Counted from the first letter of the stretch, positions 39,716 to 49,598 are shown. The stretch: 63,068 nucleotides of DNA from Selenomonas sp. (GCF_015265235.1 NZ_JABZYJ010000001.1), one strand, 5' to 3'. The notes: a model not told the origin generated them from the letters alone. Numbers and translations: made by a program.

Positions 39716-40295
39716 CCGCTCGAGTATTCTTGAAGCCGTTCTGTTTGCCGCAGGTGCACCGCTTCCCCTCTCAAAATTGGCAGAGATCATCGAGGTTCCG
39801 GAGTGGGAGGTGCAGGAGGCACTGACCGTCCTCGAACGCGATATAGCTGCGCAGGCACGCGGAATATTTTTGCGCAGATCGGCAGGCGGCTATCAGCTCG
39901 TGACGCACCCAAGCGCCTTTCCGTGGGTGCAGAAGCTCGCTGAAAAAATACAGCCGACACTGTCCTCGTCTGCGATGGAAACACTTTCTATTATTGCCTA
40001 TCGGCAGCCCATCACCAAGCAGGAGGTAGAACACATCCGCGGGGTGCGCGCCGAACGCTCCATTGGACGGCTGATGGAGCTGGAACTTATCTGTGAAATG
40101 GGACGTAAACCCGTCGTCGGGCGTCCCATTCTGTATGGAACGACGGATTTATTTTTGCGCTCCTTTGGCCTAGCGCAAATAGAGGATCTTCCTGCCTTAC
40201 CGAACATCGACGATATAAAAAAGACGCTGGATGATGATCAGCTGCGTCTATTTGAAGAGATGCAGGGGGCATCGGATTCTACGGAAGAAGAATAA
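39702..40295 (+). CDS. scpB: Segregation and condensation protein B
   Basis: LEAVLF, GGYQL.T, ETLSIIAYRQPIT, IRGV, GRPILYGTT..FL..FGL. Confidence 0.96.
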   Translation: MQSLSRSSILEAVLFAAGAPLPLSKLAEIIEVPEWEVQEALTVLERDIAAQARGIFLRRSAGGYQLVTHPSAFPWVQKLAEKIQPTLSSSAMETLSIIAYRQPITKQEVEHIRGVRAERSIGRLMELELICEMGRKPVVGRPILYGTTDLFLRSFGLAQIEDLPALPNIDDIKKTLDDDQLRLFEEMQGASDSTEEE

Positions 40296-40327
40296 TCCAG
40301 CTTGTGCGAAATAAAGGGGTGGAATCA

Positions 40328-42808
40328 TTGGTAGAACTGCTCGCGCCTGCGGGAACGAAAGAGGCTTTTTATGCTGCTGTTGAAAATGGAGCGAATGCCG
40401 TCTATCTCGCGGGAAAAATGTTTGGTGCGCGCGCCTATGCGGCCAATTTTGACGAGCAGGAACTGAGCGATGTCATCCGCTATGCTCATCTGAAGAACGT
40501 TCAGGTACACGTCGCTGTCAATACGATCATCGACAATGAGGAACTCCCTAAGTTAAAGGAATATCTCTCCTTTCTTTCCTCGGTTGGAGCAGATGCTGTA
40601 TTGGTGCAGGATCTCGGCGCGGCACGTCTAGCACAGCAAATCGTACCGTCCCTTCCGCTGCATGCGAGTACGCAGATGACCATCCACAACAGTGCAGGGG
40701 TAAAGGCTCTTGCAGCGCTTGGCTTTTCCCGCGTCGTTCTCGCACGGGAATTGTCCATTCCTGAGATACAGAAGATATGCCGTGAGAGCAGTGTTGAGAT
40801 CGAATGCTTTGTGCATGGCGCACTCTGTGTCTGCTACTCAGGACAATGTCTGATGAGCAGCATGATCGGCGGGCGCAGTGGGAATCGCGGCCGCTGTGCG
40901 CAGCCCTGCCGCCTTCCGTATACACTGATCGATGCAGCAGGACGAGATGTGCTCGGCGATTCTGCCGGAAACTTTCTGCTCTCTCCGCGCGATCTGAATG
41001 CCGTTGACCTGATTCCACAGCTGCTCGACGCAGGGATATATTCGCTGAAGATCGAGGGCCGGATGAAACGTCCTGAGTATGTTGCGACCATTGTCCGCAC
41101 GTACCGAAAGGCGATCGATCACTATCTTGCTGCAAAAAAACCGCCGATCGACGATGATGATCGCGATCATTTGGCGCAGGTGTTTAATCGGGATTTCACA
41201 ACAGCATACATGGAAAGACACCAAGGGAAGCAGATGATGAGCGACCGCCGTCCGAACAATCGGGGACTCTTGGTCGGCCGCGTCGTCGATTATGATGCCC
41301 GTACGGAAATGGTGTCGCTGAAGCTTGCCCGTGATATTGCTGTTGGGGATCAGCTGGATTTCTGGGTCAAAGTCGGAGGCCGCGTTTCTGCGGAGATCGA
41401 ACATCTCTATGATGAAGATGGGCGCGAGTGTCCGGCAGCATCTGCGGGGGATATTGTCTCTTTCCGGATCCGTGGGCGCGTACGGATGCATGACCGAGCC
41501 TTCAAGGTCTATGATGCAAAACTGATGGAGACGGCGCGCCGTTCTTATGCAGCGGATTCGCTTGCTAAGATTCCTGTCGCCATGCACCTTCATGCCAAAC
41601 TACAAGCTCCGCTGACCCTCCATGTTGAAGATGATGCAGGAAACTGTGTCGATGAAAAAAGCGAGTACCTGCCGGTGCGCGCGACAAAGCGTCCTCTCAC
41701 CGACGAGATAGCAAAAGCACAGATGGAACGCCTGGGAACAACGGCGTTTGTCATGAAAGAACTCACCTGCGAGATCGATCCGGAAGTAATGGTTCCCGTC
41801 AGCGAACTGAATAAACTTCGCAGAGCAGCGATTGCCGCGCTAGAAGAGGTACGCATCAGCCGTTTTCAGGAGCAAAAAAAGATATGTCGCGTCACGATTC
41901 CAGTGCGAGGGAATGTGTCGACTGCACCTCCTGCAAAATTGATGGTCTCTGTGGATTCCCTGGCGGCCGCCGAAGCGGCAATTTCCGGCGGTGCAGATGG
42001 GATTCTCTACGGCGGTGAGTCCTATGAGGGGCGCCATTTGCAGCCGCGTGATTATGATATGGTTTGGGATTATGCACAGGCGCATCACGTACGCATTGAC
42101 TATAATACGCCGCGTATCGTCCATGAAGGTGAATGTTCTGCGTTAGTAGATCTTCTGGCACATTTTGACAACAAATTACCTGCTGCTCTTCATGTCCATA
42201 ATATCGGAACTGCCCAGCTCGCGCAGGAGCATTGTTCTGCTGCTCTTCATGCAGATGCATCGATGATCAGCTACAATAGGGCAACCCTTGACTTTTTGCA
42301 GTCGTATGGCTTCCAGGAAGCAACGATTTCGCCGGAGTTAAACGAAAAACAGGCAGCGCGGCTCGCCCATGATTCTACTATCCCGCTCAGCATGATGGTC
42401 AGCGGTCGCCTTCCGTTGATGGTATCGGAATACTGTGTGCTCGGAAGTTTTCTCGGCAATTTAGATAAGGGAAAGTGCACGATGCCATGCCGAAAAGGAA
42501 GATATTTTTTGCATGACCGCAAGGGTATCGATTTTCCCATTGTAACCGATCAATTCTGTCGTATGCATATATTGAACAGCAAGAAGCTGTCACTTCTCCC
42601 ACATGTTCCGAAGATTTTACGTGCGGGGATTACAACCCTGCGCATCGAAGGACGCGGCACGGCACCGGATGAGCTGCAGCGTACGGTTTCTGCCTACAGA
42701 GATGCGATGAAACTATCTCTGCCCTTAACCGAGGAAGAAGAAAAGCACCTGCAAATGCAGGAAGGAAATGACATTACGCGCGGTCATTACTTTCGTGGAA
42801 TCTTGTAG
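40328..42808 (+). CDS. U32 peptidase family protein with DUF3656 (RlhA/TrhP-like RNA hydroxylation family)
   Basis: ELLAPAG, FGAR, HASTQ, LARELS, HGALC.CYSGQC, RSGNRGRCAQPCR, LKIEGR, C-terminal T.GH..RG; start TTG 40328 or GTG 40304. Confidence 0.9.
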   Translation: MVELLAPAGTKEAFYAAVENGANAVYLAGKMFGARAYAANFDEQELSDVIRYAHLKNVQVHVAVNTIIDNEELPKLKEYLSFLSSVGADAVLVQDLGAARLAQQIVPSLPLHASTQMTIHNSAGVKALAALGFSRVVLARELSIPEIQKICRESSVEIECFVHGALCVCYSGQCLMSSMIGGRSGNRGRCAQPCRLPYTLIDAAGRDVLGDSAGNFLLSPRDLNAVDLIPQLLDAGIYSLKIEGRMKRPEYVATIVRTYRKAIDHYLAAKKPPIDDDDRDHLAQVFNRDFTTAYMERHQGKQMMSDRRPNNRGLLVGRVVDYDARTEMVSLKLARDIAVGDQLDFWVKVGGRVSAEIEHLYDEDGRECPAASAGDIVSFRIRGRVRMHDRAFKVYDAKLMETARRSYAADSLAKIPVAMHLHAKLQAPLTLHVEDDAGNCVDEKSEYLPVRATKRPLTDEIAKAQMERLGTTAFVMKELTCEIDPEVMVPVSELNKLRRAAIAALEEVRISRFQEQKKICRVTIPVRGNVSTAPPAKLMVSVDSLAAAEAAISGGADGILYGGESYEGRHLQPRDYDMVWDYAQAHHVRIDYNTPRIVHEGECSALVDLLAHFDNKLPAALHVHNIGTAQLAQEHCSAALHADASMISYNRATLDFLQSYGFQEATISPELNEKQAARLAHDSTIPLSMMVSGRLPLMVSEYCVLGSFLGNLDKGKCTMPCRKGRYFLHDRKGIDFPIVTDQFCRMHILNSKKLSLLPHVPKILRAGITTLRIEGRGTAPDELQRTVSAYRDAMKLSLPLTEEEEKHLQMQEGNDITRGHYFRGIL

Positions 42809-42866
42809 AAGCACAGATTAGTTCTGTCGCATTATGTTTGACGCATTCTTTGTAAAAGAGGTACTT

Positions 42867-45224
42867 ATGGACACGGAGTCATTTAAGGTTTTAGAATACG
42901 AAAAGATAAAAACCAGACTCGCATCGTATGCCGCCACAGCCTATGGGAAAGAACGATGCAGCAGTATCAAGCCATCTTCCGACTATGACCACGTTGCACA
43001 ACTTCACAGGGAGACCGAAGAGGCAGTACGGGTTGCACAGATTCAGCCGCCTCCATTTGATGGCATCCATCATCTGCAGGAGATTCTTAAAAAGGCAGGC
43101 CGAGGTATCCTTCTGGAGCTGGATGAGCTGCGCTTGGTCAAGAGCACCATTGGCGGCATGAGAGACGTGAAGTATTTTTTTCGCGATCTGTCTGCTGATG
43201 CAGAGTTGTTGAAAGACTTGGCGCGGCGCATCGAAATCTTGGGCATGTTGGAACGGAATCTTAAGGCAGCGATTGACGAATACGGAAATTTTCGCGATGA
43301 TGCCAGCCCCGTCCTTCATCGTATCACGAATGAGCTGCGTACGGCACAGTCGCGGGTAAAGGATCGGCTTTCTTCCATTCTTCACGATGCAGCCTATCAA
43401 AAAATGTTTCAGGAAGCTATTGTAACTGTGCGCGATGAACGCTATGTCATCCCGGTCAAGCAGGAATATCGCAGCCAATTTCCAGGTGTCATTCGCGATC
43501 AATCCGCAAGCGGCGCGACACTGTTTATTGAACCACTCGCCATTGTCGAGCTGAATAACACCGTGCGTCAGATGGGAATTGCACGCGAGCAGGAAATCCT
43601 GCGTATTATGCAGCGATTGACCAGTGAAATTGCCCGTTCTGCTGATATTTTGTCTGCCAACTGCACGATTTTGTCCGATCTCGATCTCATTTTTGCTCGT
43701 GCTTCCTTGGCGCGCGAGATGAGAGCCTATCCGCCGATTTTGAATAGAGACGGGTATGTGCATCTGCAAAGGGCGCGACATCCACTGCTCCCTCCGGACA
43801 AGGTCGTTCCGATTGATATAGAGCTGGGGAAAACTTTTTCCACACTGCTGATCACGGGGCCGAATACCGGCGGTAAGACGGTCAGTATGAAGACACTCGG
43901 CATTCTTGCACTGATGTCCCAGTCAGGCTGTTTTCTTCCGGCTGAGTCAGGCTCGGAGATACCGATCTATCAAAATATTTATGCGGACATTGGGGATGAG
44001 CAGAGCATCGAGCAGAGTTTATCCACGTTTTCCGCGCACACGCGCAATATTGTACGCATCATCGATCGAGCGACATCCGGCGACTTGGTTCTCCTAGATG
44101 AGGTCGGCGCGGGAACTGATCCTGATGAGGGCGCTGCTCTTGCGCGGAGTATCATCGAACATTTCCTTATGAATCGCATCGCTACTGTTGCGACAACGCA
44201 TTATGCAGATCTCAAAACGTATGCGTATACCCAGCAAGGCGTTGAAAATGCATCGGTTGAATTTGATCTCAAGACGCTCCGTCCGACCTATCGTCTGCTC
44301 ATCGGTATACCGGGGGCAAGCAATGCCTTTTCCATCAGCCGCCAACTCGGTCTGTCGGAGGAGATCGTTGCACGGGCGGAAGAATATGTCAGCGAGGATC
44401 ATGCCCAGTTTGAAACCGTTGTTCACGATTTGGAACGTGCCAAGACGATTTATGAGGAAAAAAATCAGCTCCTCTATAAGAAAGAAACGGATGTCGGCAG
44501 GGCTGAGGCACGCCTTCGCGCAGAACGTGCTGCATTTGAGCAGTCGAAGCAGGAACTCCTCCATAAGGCACGCGAAGAAGCAAACAACATTGTACGTGAG
44601 GCAAGACGAAGTGCCGAGGAGACCATTCAGTCGCTCAAGGAACAGTTTGATGACCATGGCATCAAGGAACGTCAAAAAGCGATTCAAGCAGCACGGACAA
44701 GACTGAATGAGGCCTATGTGCACAACGTATCGCCGAAAATTCCTGCGGAGGGGAGACCTGTTCGCCCCGGTGAGATTCAAAGCGGGGATACGGTTTACAT
44801 CCGTACGCTTGCCCAGGAGGGTACAGTGCTTTCTGTACAGGGCAAGGAGCTTAGCGTTCAAGTTGGCGGTCTGCGTACCATGGTCAAGATGGATGCGTGC
44901 ACATTTGTCGGACACCAAAAGCGTAAAAAAAAGATCAACAAGATACGCGTCGGCGGTTCATTGTCGCAGAAATCGGCAGAGGTTCGTCCACAGATTGATG
45001 TGCGTGGCATGACCGTATTGGAGGCAGAGGCAGTTCTTGAAAAATTCATCGACGATGCTGTCTTTGCAGGGCTTTCCACTGTGCTGGTCATTCACGGAAA
45101 GGGGACAGGAGCGCTGCGCCTTGGGCTGCGTGATTACTTTAAGCGAAATAAATCCATCCGCGCGTTCTCTTTTGCTGATATTTCTGAGGGCGGTACAGGT
45201 GCAACCGTCGTTACACTGAAATAG
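42867..45224 (+). CDS. mutS2: Endonuclease MutS2 (ribosome collision sensor family)
   Basis: ITGPNTGGKT, DIGDEQSIEQSLSTFS, LLDEVGAGTDP.EG, KOW and Smr domain (IHGKGTG); ATG 42867 after GAGGT. Confidence 0.97.
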   Translation: MDTESFKVLEYEKIKTRLASYAATAYGKERCSSIKPSSDYDHVAQLHRETEEAVRVAQIQPPPFDGIHHLQEILKKAGRGILLELDELRLVKSTIGGMRDVKYFFRDLSADAELLKDLARRIEILGMLERNLKAAIDEYGNFRDDASPVLHRITNELRTAQSRVKDRLSSILHDAAYQKMFQEAIVTVRDERYVIPVKQEYRSQFPGVIRDQSASGATLFIEPLAIVELNNTVRQMGIAREQEILRIMQRLTSEIARSADILSANCTILSDLDLIFARASLAREMRAYPPILNRDGYVHLQRARHPLLPPDKVVPIDIELGKTFSTLLITGPNTGGKTVSMKTLGILALMSQSGCFLPAESGSEIPIYQNIYADIGDEQSIEQSLSTFSAHTRNIVRIIDRATSGDLVLLDEVGAGTDPDEGAALARSIIEHFLMNRIATVATTHYADLKTYAYTQQGVENASVEFDLKTLRPTYRLLIGIPGASNAFSISRQLGLSEEIVARAEEYVSEDHAQFETVVHDLERAKTIYEEKNQLLYKKETDVGRAEARLRAERAAFEQSKQELLHKAREEANNIVREARRSAEETIQSLKEQFDDHGIKERQKAIQAARTRLNEAYVHNVSPKIPAEGRPVRPGEIQSGDTVYIRTLAQEGTVLSVQGKELSVQVGGLRTMVKMDACTFVGHQKRKKKINKIRVGGSLSQKSAEVRPQIDVRGMTVLEAEAVLEKFIDDAVFAGLSTVLVIHGKGTGALRLGLRDYFKRNKSIRAFSFADISEGGTGATVVTLK

Positions 45225-45267
45225 AAGTGAAAAACTCCTCTTGTCGCGCGCTTTTTGAGAAAATCTC

Positions 45268-45296
45268 CTTACAAAATACCAACTTTGTGTTACAAT
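45268..45296 (+). promoter_or_regulatory. Putative sigma-A promoter of the PBP1A-tyrS unit
   Basis: CTTACA-17 bp-TACAAT with TG extended -10. Confidence 0.55.
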
Positions 45297-45301
45297 AGAG
45301 A

Positions 45302-45513
45302 AATTGAGTGCACAAAGCGCCTCCAATGGACACATCTTGGGAATCACTGACAAAATGAAGTCTGTCAGATTGGCGTATTTTTCGTCCGAACAAGGTGGAA
45401 AACCGGATGCAGAGTAAGGCTCTGCACTAGATTTTTCGCCGAAGTACGGGCAATAAAGATGCGTCAAGATGATGGCGTTAAATTTCTAGTGCTTCCCTAG
45501 GTTAGGAAGGTAT
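45302..45513 (+). ncRNA. Candidate structured leader RNA upstream of the PBP1A gene
   Basis: Five or more nested helices with many G-U pairs, a side hairpin and an SD-sequestering hairpin (see findings). Confidence 0.6.
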
Positions 45514-45515
45514 CC

Positions 45516-47600
45516 ATGCAGAAGAGCGAAAAGAAAGCAACGAAGAAGTCGTCAGGGTTTTCCCTGGGAAAGATGATCCTCGTCGTAGGACTAATTTTGT
45601 TTGTCATGGTCATCGGCGTCGGCTGCGGTTTCCTGACGGCAAGTCTGAATACCAGATCCAATCTGGCAGAGGACATTGTTCCGCCGGCATCATCGCAGAT
45701 CTACGATATTCATGGAAATGAGATTGCGAATATCCATGCGGCGGAGAATCGTCGTCCGATTGGCATCAATGAAATCCCCAAAAACCTCCAAAATGCTTTT
45801 ATTGCGGTGGAGGACAATCGATTTTACGATCATATCGGCATTGACCCACGCGGCATTGTACGCGCGATCTGGGCAAATATTCGTGGCCGAACGGTCACGG
45901 AAGGCGGCTCTACGATTACGCAGCAGCTCGCGAAGAATGCTTACCTGACACAGGATCGCACACTAAAGCGCAAGGTACAGGAAGTATTCCTCGCGCTGCA
46001 GCTGGAACGACAGTATACGAAGCAGGAAATCCTTGAGCTCTACATGAACCAGATCTACTTTGGACAGGGAGCCTACGGTGTTCAGGCAGCGGCGCGCACC
46101 TATTTTGGCAAGGATGCCAAGGATCTGACGCTCAACGAGTGTGCCATGCTTGCGGGGATTCCAAAGAGCCCGAACTATTACTCGCCGGTCAACAATATGG
46201 ATGCGGCGACAGAGCGCAAGGCTGTCGTGCTCGATCAGATGGTTAAGTACGGCTATATCAGTGACAGTGAAGCCGCAGCGGCAAAGAAGGAGCCGCTGCA
46301 TATTGCGAAAAACACAAATGATGGCGGCAAGAGTGCCTCCTATTTTGTGGACTACGTTCTCCAACAGCTGGCAGAGAAATATGGAGACGATGCGATCTAC
46401 AAGGACGGTCTGAAGATATATACAACCATCGACATGGATATGCAGGCTGCAGCAGAGACGGCGATGAAGAATCTGCCGACCTACTTTACGGATGCCAACG
46501 GGATCGTTCAGCCACAGGGAGCATTGGTCGCTATCGATCCGCACACGGGCTACATTAAAGCGATGGTTGGCGGGCGTGGGACGGATCAGTTCAATCGTGC
46601 GACACAGGCAGTCAGACAGCCTGGCTCAGCGTTTAAGCCCTTCGTTTTTGCTGCCGCACTCGAGAACAAGTATACGCCGGAATCCATCATCGAAGACAAG
46701 CCGCTGAAGGTTGGTTCTTGGGAGCCGCAAAACTACAGCCGCAACTTCTCCGGCAAGGTTCGCCTGCGCGATGTTGTACGCTGGTCACTCAATGTTCCAA
46801 CTGTTCGTATCGCACAGGATATAGGCATCGATAAAGCAATTTTTTACGCACAGGAAATGGGAATATCCACGTTCGTCCTAGATGGTGCGACGAATGACCG
46901 TAATCTGGCAACAGCCCTAGGCGGAATGACGCGCGGTGTAACCCCGCTGGAACTGACCAGCGCCTATGGTACATTTGCCAACCGTGGCATCCACGTCAAA
47001 CCCGTTGCTATTCTGCGTGTCGTATCGCGTACCGGGAAGGTGCTTGAGGAAGCAGAGCGCAAAGAAAAGAGTGTTATGTCAGCAGACAATGCGGCGGCAC
47101 TGACGGCGATGCTTGAAGATGTCATTCGGCGCGGGACGGGTACGCGCGCCAACATCGGACGTCCGGCCGCAGGAAAGACCGGCACGACGAGTGACTATCA
47201 TGATGCATGGTTCGTCGGTTATACACCTGATCTGGTTACCGGCGTGTGGATCGGGAATGACAGTGTCAGTGATTTGCACGGCATGTCCGGTGGTATGACA
47301 CCTGCTGTCATTTGGCAGGCATTTATGCAGAAAGCATTGGCTCAGATGCCCATACGGAGCTTCGCTGGGAGTCCGGCTTATTCTGACACGTCTGCCAAAG
47401 AGGAGACGGCGGTCGACCATGAGAAGTCTTCTGGTGAGAAAAAGGCGGATGAAAAAAAGAAGGAGCAGGGAAAGACCTCTGGAAGCTCTTCCAAGGGAGG
47501 AGGAAATACTGCTCCTGCGGAACCCGCACGTTCTGCACCGGCAGAGTCTCCAGGAGCTGCGCCTGAACCTGGCATGGGGATAGAAAAAGGACAAAACTAG
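45516..47600 (+). CDS. Class A penicillin-binding protein (PBP1A family)
   Basis: N-terminal TM; transglycosylase motifs EDNRFYDH.G, GGSTITQQL, RK..E; transpeptidase motifs SAFK, SLN, KTG; low-complexity tail. Confidence 0.96.
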   Translation: MQKSEKKATKKSSGFSLGKMILVVGLILFVMVIGVGCGFLTASLNTRSNLAEDIVPPASSQIYDIHGNEIANIHAAENRRPIGINEIPKNLQNAFIAVEDNRFYDHIGIDPRGIVRAIWANIRGRTVTEGGSTITQQLAKNAYLTQDRTLKRKVQEVFLALQLERQYTKQEILELYMNQIYFGQGAYGVQAAARTYFGKDAKDLTLNECAMLAGIPKSPNYYSPVNNMDAATERKAVVLDQMVKYGYISDSEAAAAKKEPLHIAKNTNDGGKSASYFVDYVLQQLAEKYGDDAIYKDGLKIYTTIDMDMQAAAETAMKNLPTYFTDANGIVQPQGALVAIDPHTGYIKAMVGGRGTDQFNRATQAVRQPGSAFKPFVFAAALENKYTPESIIEDKPLKVGSWEPQNYSRNFSGKVRLRDVVRWSLNVPTVRIAQDIGIDKAIFYAQEMGISTFVLDGATNDRNLATALGGMTRGVTPLELTSAYGTFANRGIHVKPVAILRVVSRTGKVLEEAERKEKSVMSADNAAALTAMLEDVIRRGTGTRANIGRPAAGKTGTTSDYHDAWFVGYTPDLVTGVWIGNDSVSDLHGMSGGMTPAVIWQAFMQKALAQMPIRSFAGSPAYSDTSAKEETAVDHEKSSGEKKADEKKKEQGKTSGSSSKGGGNTAPAEPARSAPAESPGAAPEPGMGIEKGQN

Positions 47601-47618
47601 AGAAGAGAGGATCATTCA

Positions 47619-48821
47619 TTGAATGCTGTTGATATTCTAAAGGAGCGCGGGTTTCTTGCACAGTGCACAGACGAAGCTGCACTGCGCGGCCTGCTCGATC
47701 ATGAACAGGTGACATTCTACACAGGATTCGATCCGACGGCAGACAGCCTCCACGCAGGACATTTGATTGCGCTTATGGCCATGTCCCACATGCAGCGTGC
47801 AGGACATCGCCCCATTTGTCTTGTCGGCGGTGGCACGGGGACAGTAGGCGATCCTTCAGGACGAACAGATATGCGCAAGGTCATGACCGATGAAACAATT
47901 GCACATAATTGCGATTGCTTTCGTGCACAGATCTCACACTTTATCGACTTTACGGATGGGCGTGCCATCATGGTCGATAATGGCGATTGGCTGCGCAAAC
48001 TCAATTATATTGATCTGCTCCGCGATGTTGGAGCACACTTTACGGTAAATCGTATGCTTGCCGCAGAAAGCTATAAACAGCGGTGGGAGAAAGGGCTTAC
48101 CTTCCTTGAGTTCAACTACATGATTATGCAGGCGTATGATTTCCTAGAGCTCAATCGACGTTATGGCTGTCGCCTTGAAATGGGCGGCGACGACCAGTGG
48201 TCGAATATTATCGCCGGTGTCGAACTCTGCCGTCGCAAGAAGAACATTACCGTATTTGGCCTAACCAATAAACTGCTGACCAAAAGCGATGGAAAGAAAA
48301 TGGGCAAAACGGCGGGCGGAGCGCTTTGGCTTGACCCGAAGAAGACCTCTCCCTATGATTTCTACCAGTATTGGCGGAACGTTGATGATGCGGATGTCTC
48401 GACCTGCCTCTCTCTGCTCACCTTCCTCCCCATGGAGGAAGTACATCGTCTGACGGCCGTCGAAGGGCAGGAGATGAATCACTCGAAGGAAGTGCTTGCC
48501 TACGAGGTGACGAAGATCGTTCATGGGGAGCAGGAAGCACATAAGGCACAGGAGATGGCACGAGCCCTGTTCGGCGGCGGGGTCTCTGAACAGGTTCCAC
48601 AGCTCCATGTAACATGTGGAGAGAAGCTGATTGATGCACTGACGCGCGAGGGCGTCTTTTCTTCCAAAGGAGAGGCGCGCCGCTTGATTCAGCAGGGCGG
48701 TGTCACGCTCAATGAAACGCGCATCTCTGATGAACATTATGTCTTGCAGGAAGATGATTTTTCAGAGGGGAAAGCACTACTGAAAAAAGGAAAAAAGAAG
48801 CACTATCAATTGGTTCGCTGA
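47619..48821 (+). CDS. tyrS: Tyrosine--tRNA ligase
   Basis: GFDPTADSLHAGH, GDPSG, QAYDF, GGDDQW.NI, KMGKT, S4-like C-terminus; TTG start after GAGGA. Confidence 0.97.
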   Translation: MNAVDILKERGFLAQCTDEAALRGLLDHEQVTFYTGFDPTADSLHAGHLIALMAMSHMQRAGHRPICLVGGGTGTVGDPSGRTDMRKVMTDETIAHNCDCFRAQISHFIDFTDGRAIMVDNGDWLRKLNYIDLLRDVGAHFTVNRMLAAESYKQRWEKGLTFLEFNYMIMQAYDFLELNRRYGCRLEMGGDDQWSNIIAGVELCRRKKNITVFGLTNKLLTKSDGKKMGKTAGGALWLDPKKTSPYDFYQYWRNVDDADVSTCLSLLTFLPMEEVHRLTAVEGQEMNHSKEVLAYEVTKIVHGEQEAHKAQEMARALFGGGVSEQVPQLHVTCGEKLIDALTREGVFSSKGEARRLIQQGGVTLNETRISDEHYVLQEDDFSEGKALLKKGKKKHYQLVR

Positions 48822-48853
48822 ATACTACGTTGACGATGGGAAGGAGATAAATA

Positions 48854-49582
48854 ATGTCCGGGCATTCAAAATGGGCAAATATCAAGCGTAAAAAGGGTGC
48901 AAATGATGCAATCCGCGGAAAAATCACGACGAAGATTGGGCGCGAAATCACGATTGCTGTCCGTATGGGGGGCGCAGATCCGACGGGAAATATGCGTCTG
49001 AAATTGGCGCTTTCCAAGGCAAAGGCCAATAATATTCCGAAGGACAATATCAATCGTGCCATTCAAAAAGGACTCGGGGCAACTGAGGGCAGCAATTACG
49101 AAGAGGTGATCTATGAGGGTTACGGTCCGGGCGGCACGGCAGTGATGCTCGATATCCTGACCGATAACCGTAACCGTACCGCTGCGGACGTGCGTCATCT
49201 TTTTTCGAAGTATGGCGGCAACCTTGGACAGGATGGCTGCGTCTCATGGATGTTCAAGAAGAAGGCTGTTTTCGTGGTCGAACGAGATACCTTTGATGAT
49301 GAGGACGCACTTCTGGAGCTCGTTTTGGAGGCGGGGGCTGAGGACATGCGCTCCGAGGACGATGTCTTTGAGATCATTGCTGAGCCGGATGCCTACGATG
49401 CTATTGAGACAGTATTGGGCGAAAAGGGGATTGAAACGGCATCGGCAGAGGTGACGATGGTTCCTGACACGACGGTTCACCTCGTTGACAAAGATGCGGA
49501 GAAAATGCAGACGCTGATCGATGCGCTGGAAGACAATGACGATGTTCAAAACGTCTACAGCAACTACGAAATGGATGAGTAG
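48854..49582 (+). CDS. yebC: YebC/PmpR family protein
   Basis: MSGHSKWANIK, YEGYGPGG, TDNRNRT, DDVQNVY.N; usual neighbour of ruvC. Confidence 0.96.
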   Translation: MSGHSKWANIKRKKGANDAIRGKITTKIGREITIAVRMGGADPTGNMRLKLALSKAKANNIPKDNINRAIQKGLGATEGSNYEEVIYEGYGPGGTAVMLDILTDNRNRTAADVRHLFSKYGGNLGQDGCVSWMFKKKAVFVVERDTFDDEDALLELVLEAGAEDMRSEDDVFEIIAEPDAYDAIETVLGEKGIETASAEVTMVPDTTVHLVDKDAEKMQTLIDALEDNDDVQNVYSNYEMDE

Positions 49583-49598
49583 ACGACAACTTTCCTTG

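Noticed and set aside
45388..45452. T-box riboswitch for tyrS (AAGGTGGAAAACC resembles the T-box; GAAGTAC contains a Tyr codon)
   Set aside because: The T-box-like string lies upstream of the supposed specifier (wrong order), there is no terminator with a U tail, and tyrS is 2 kb downstream
45299..45487. 6S RNA identity for the rod-like leader
   Set aside because: Size and shape are similar, but I see no 6S consensus blocks and no terminator before the PBP gene; not excluded without a cmscan
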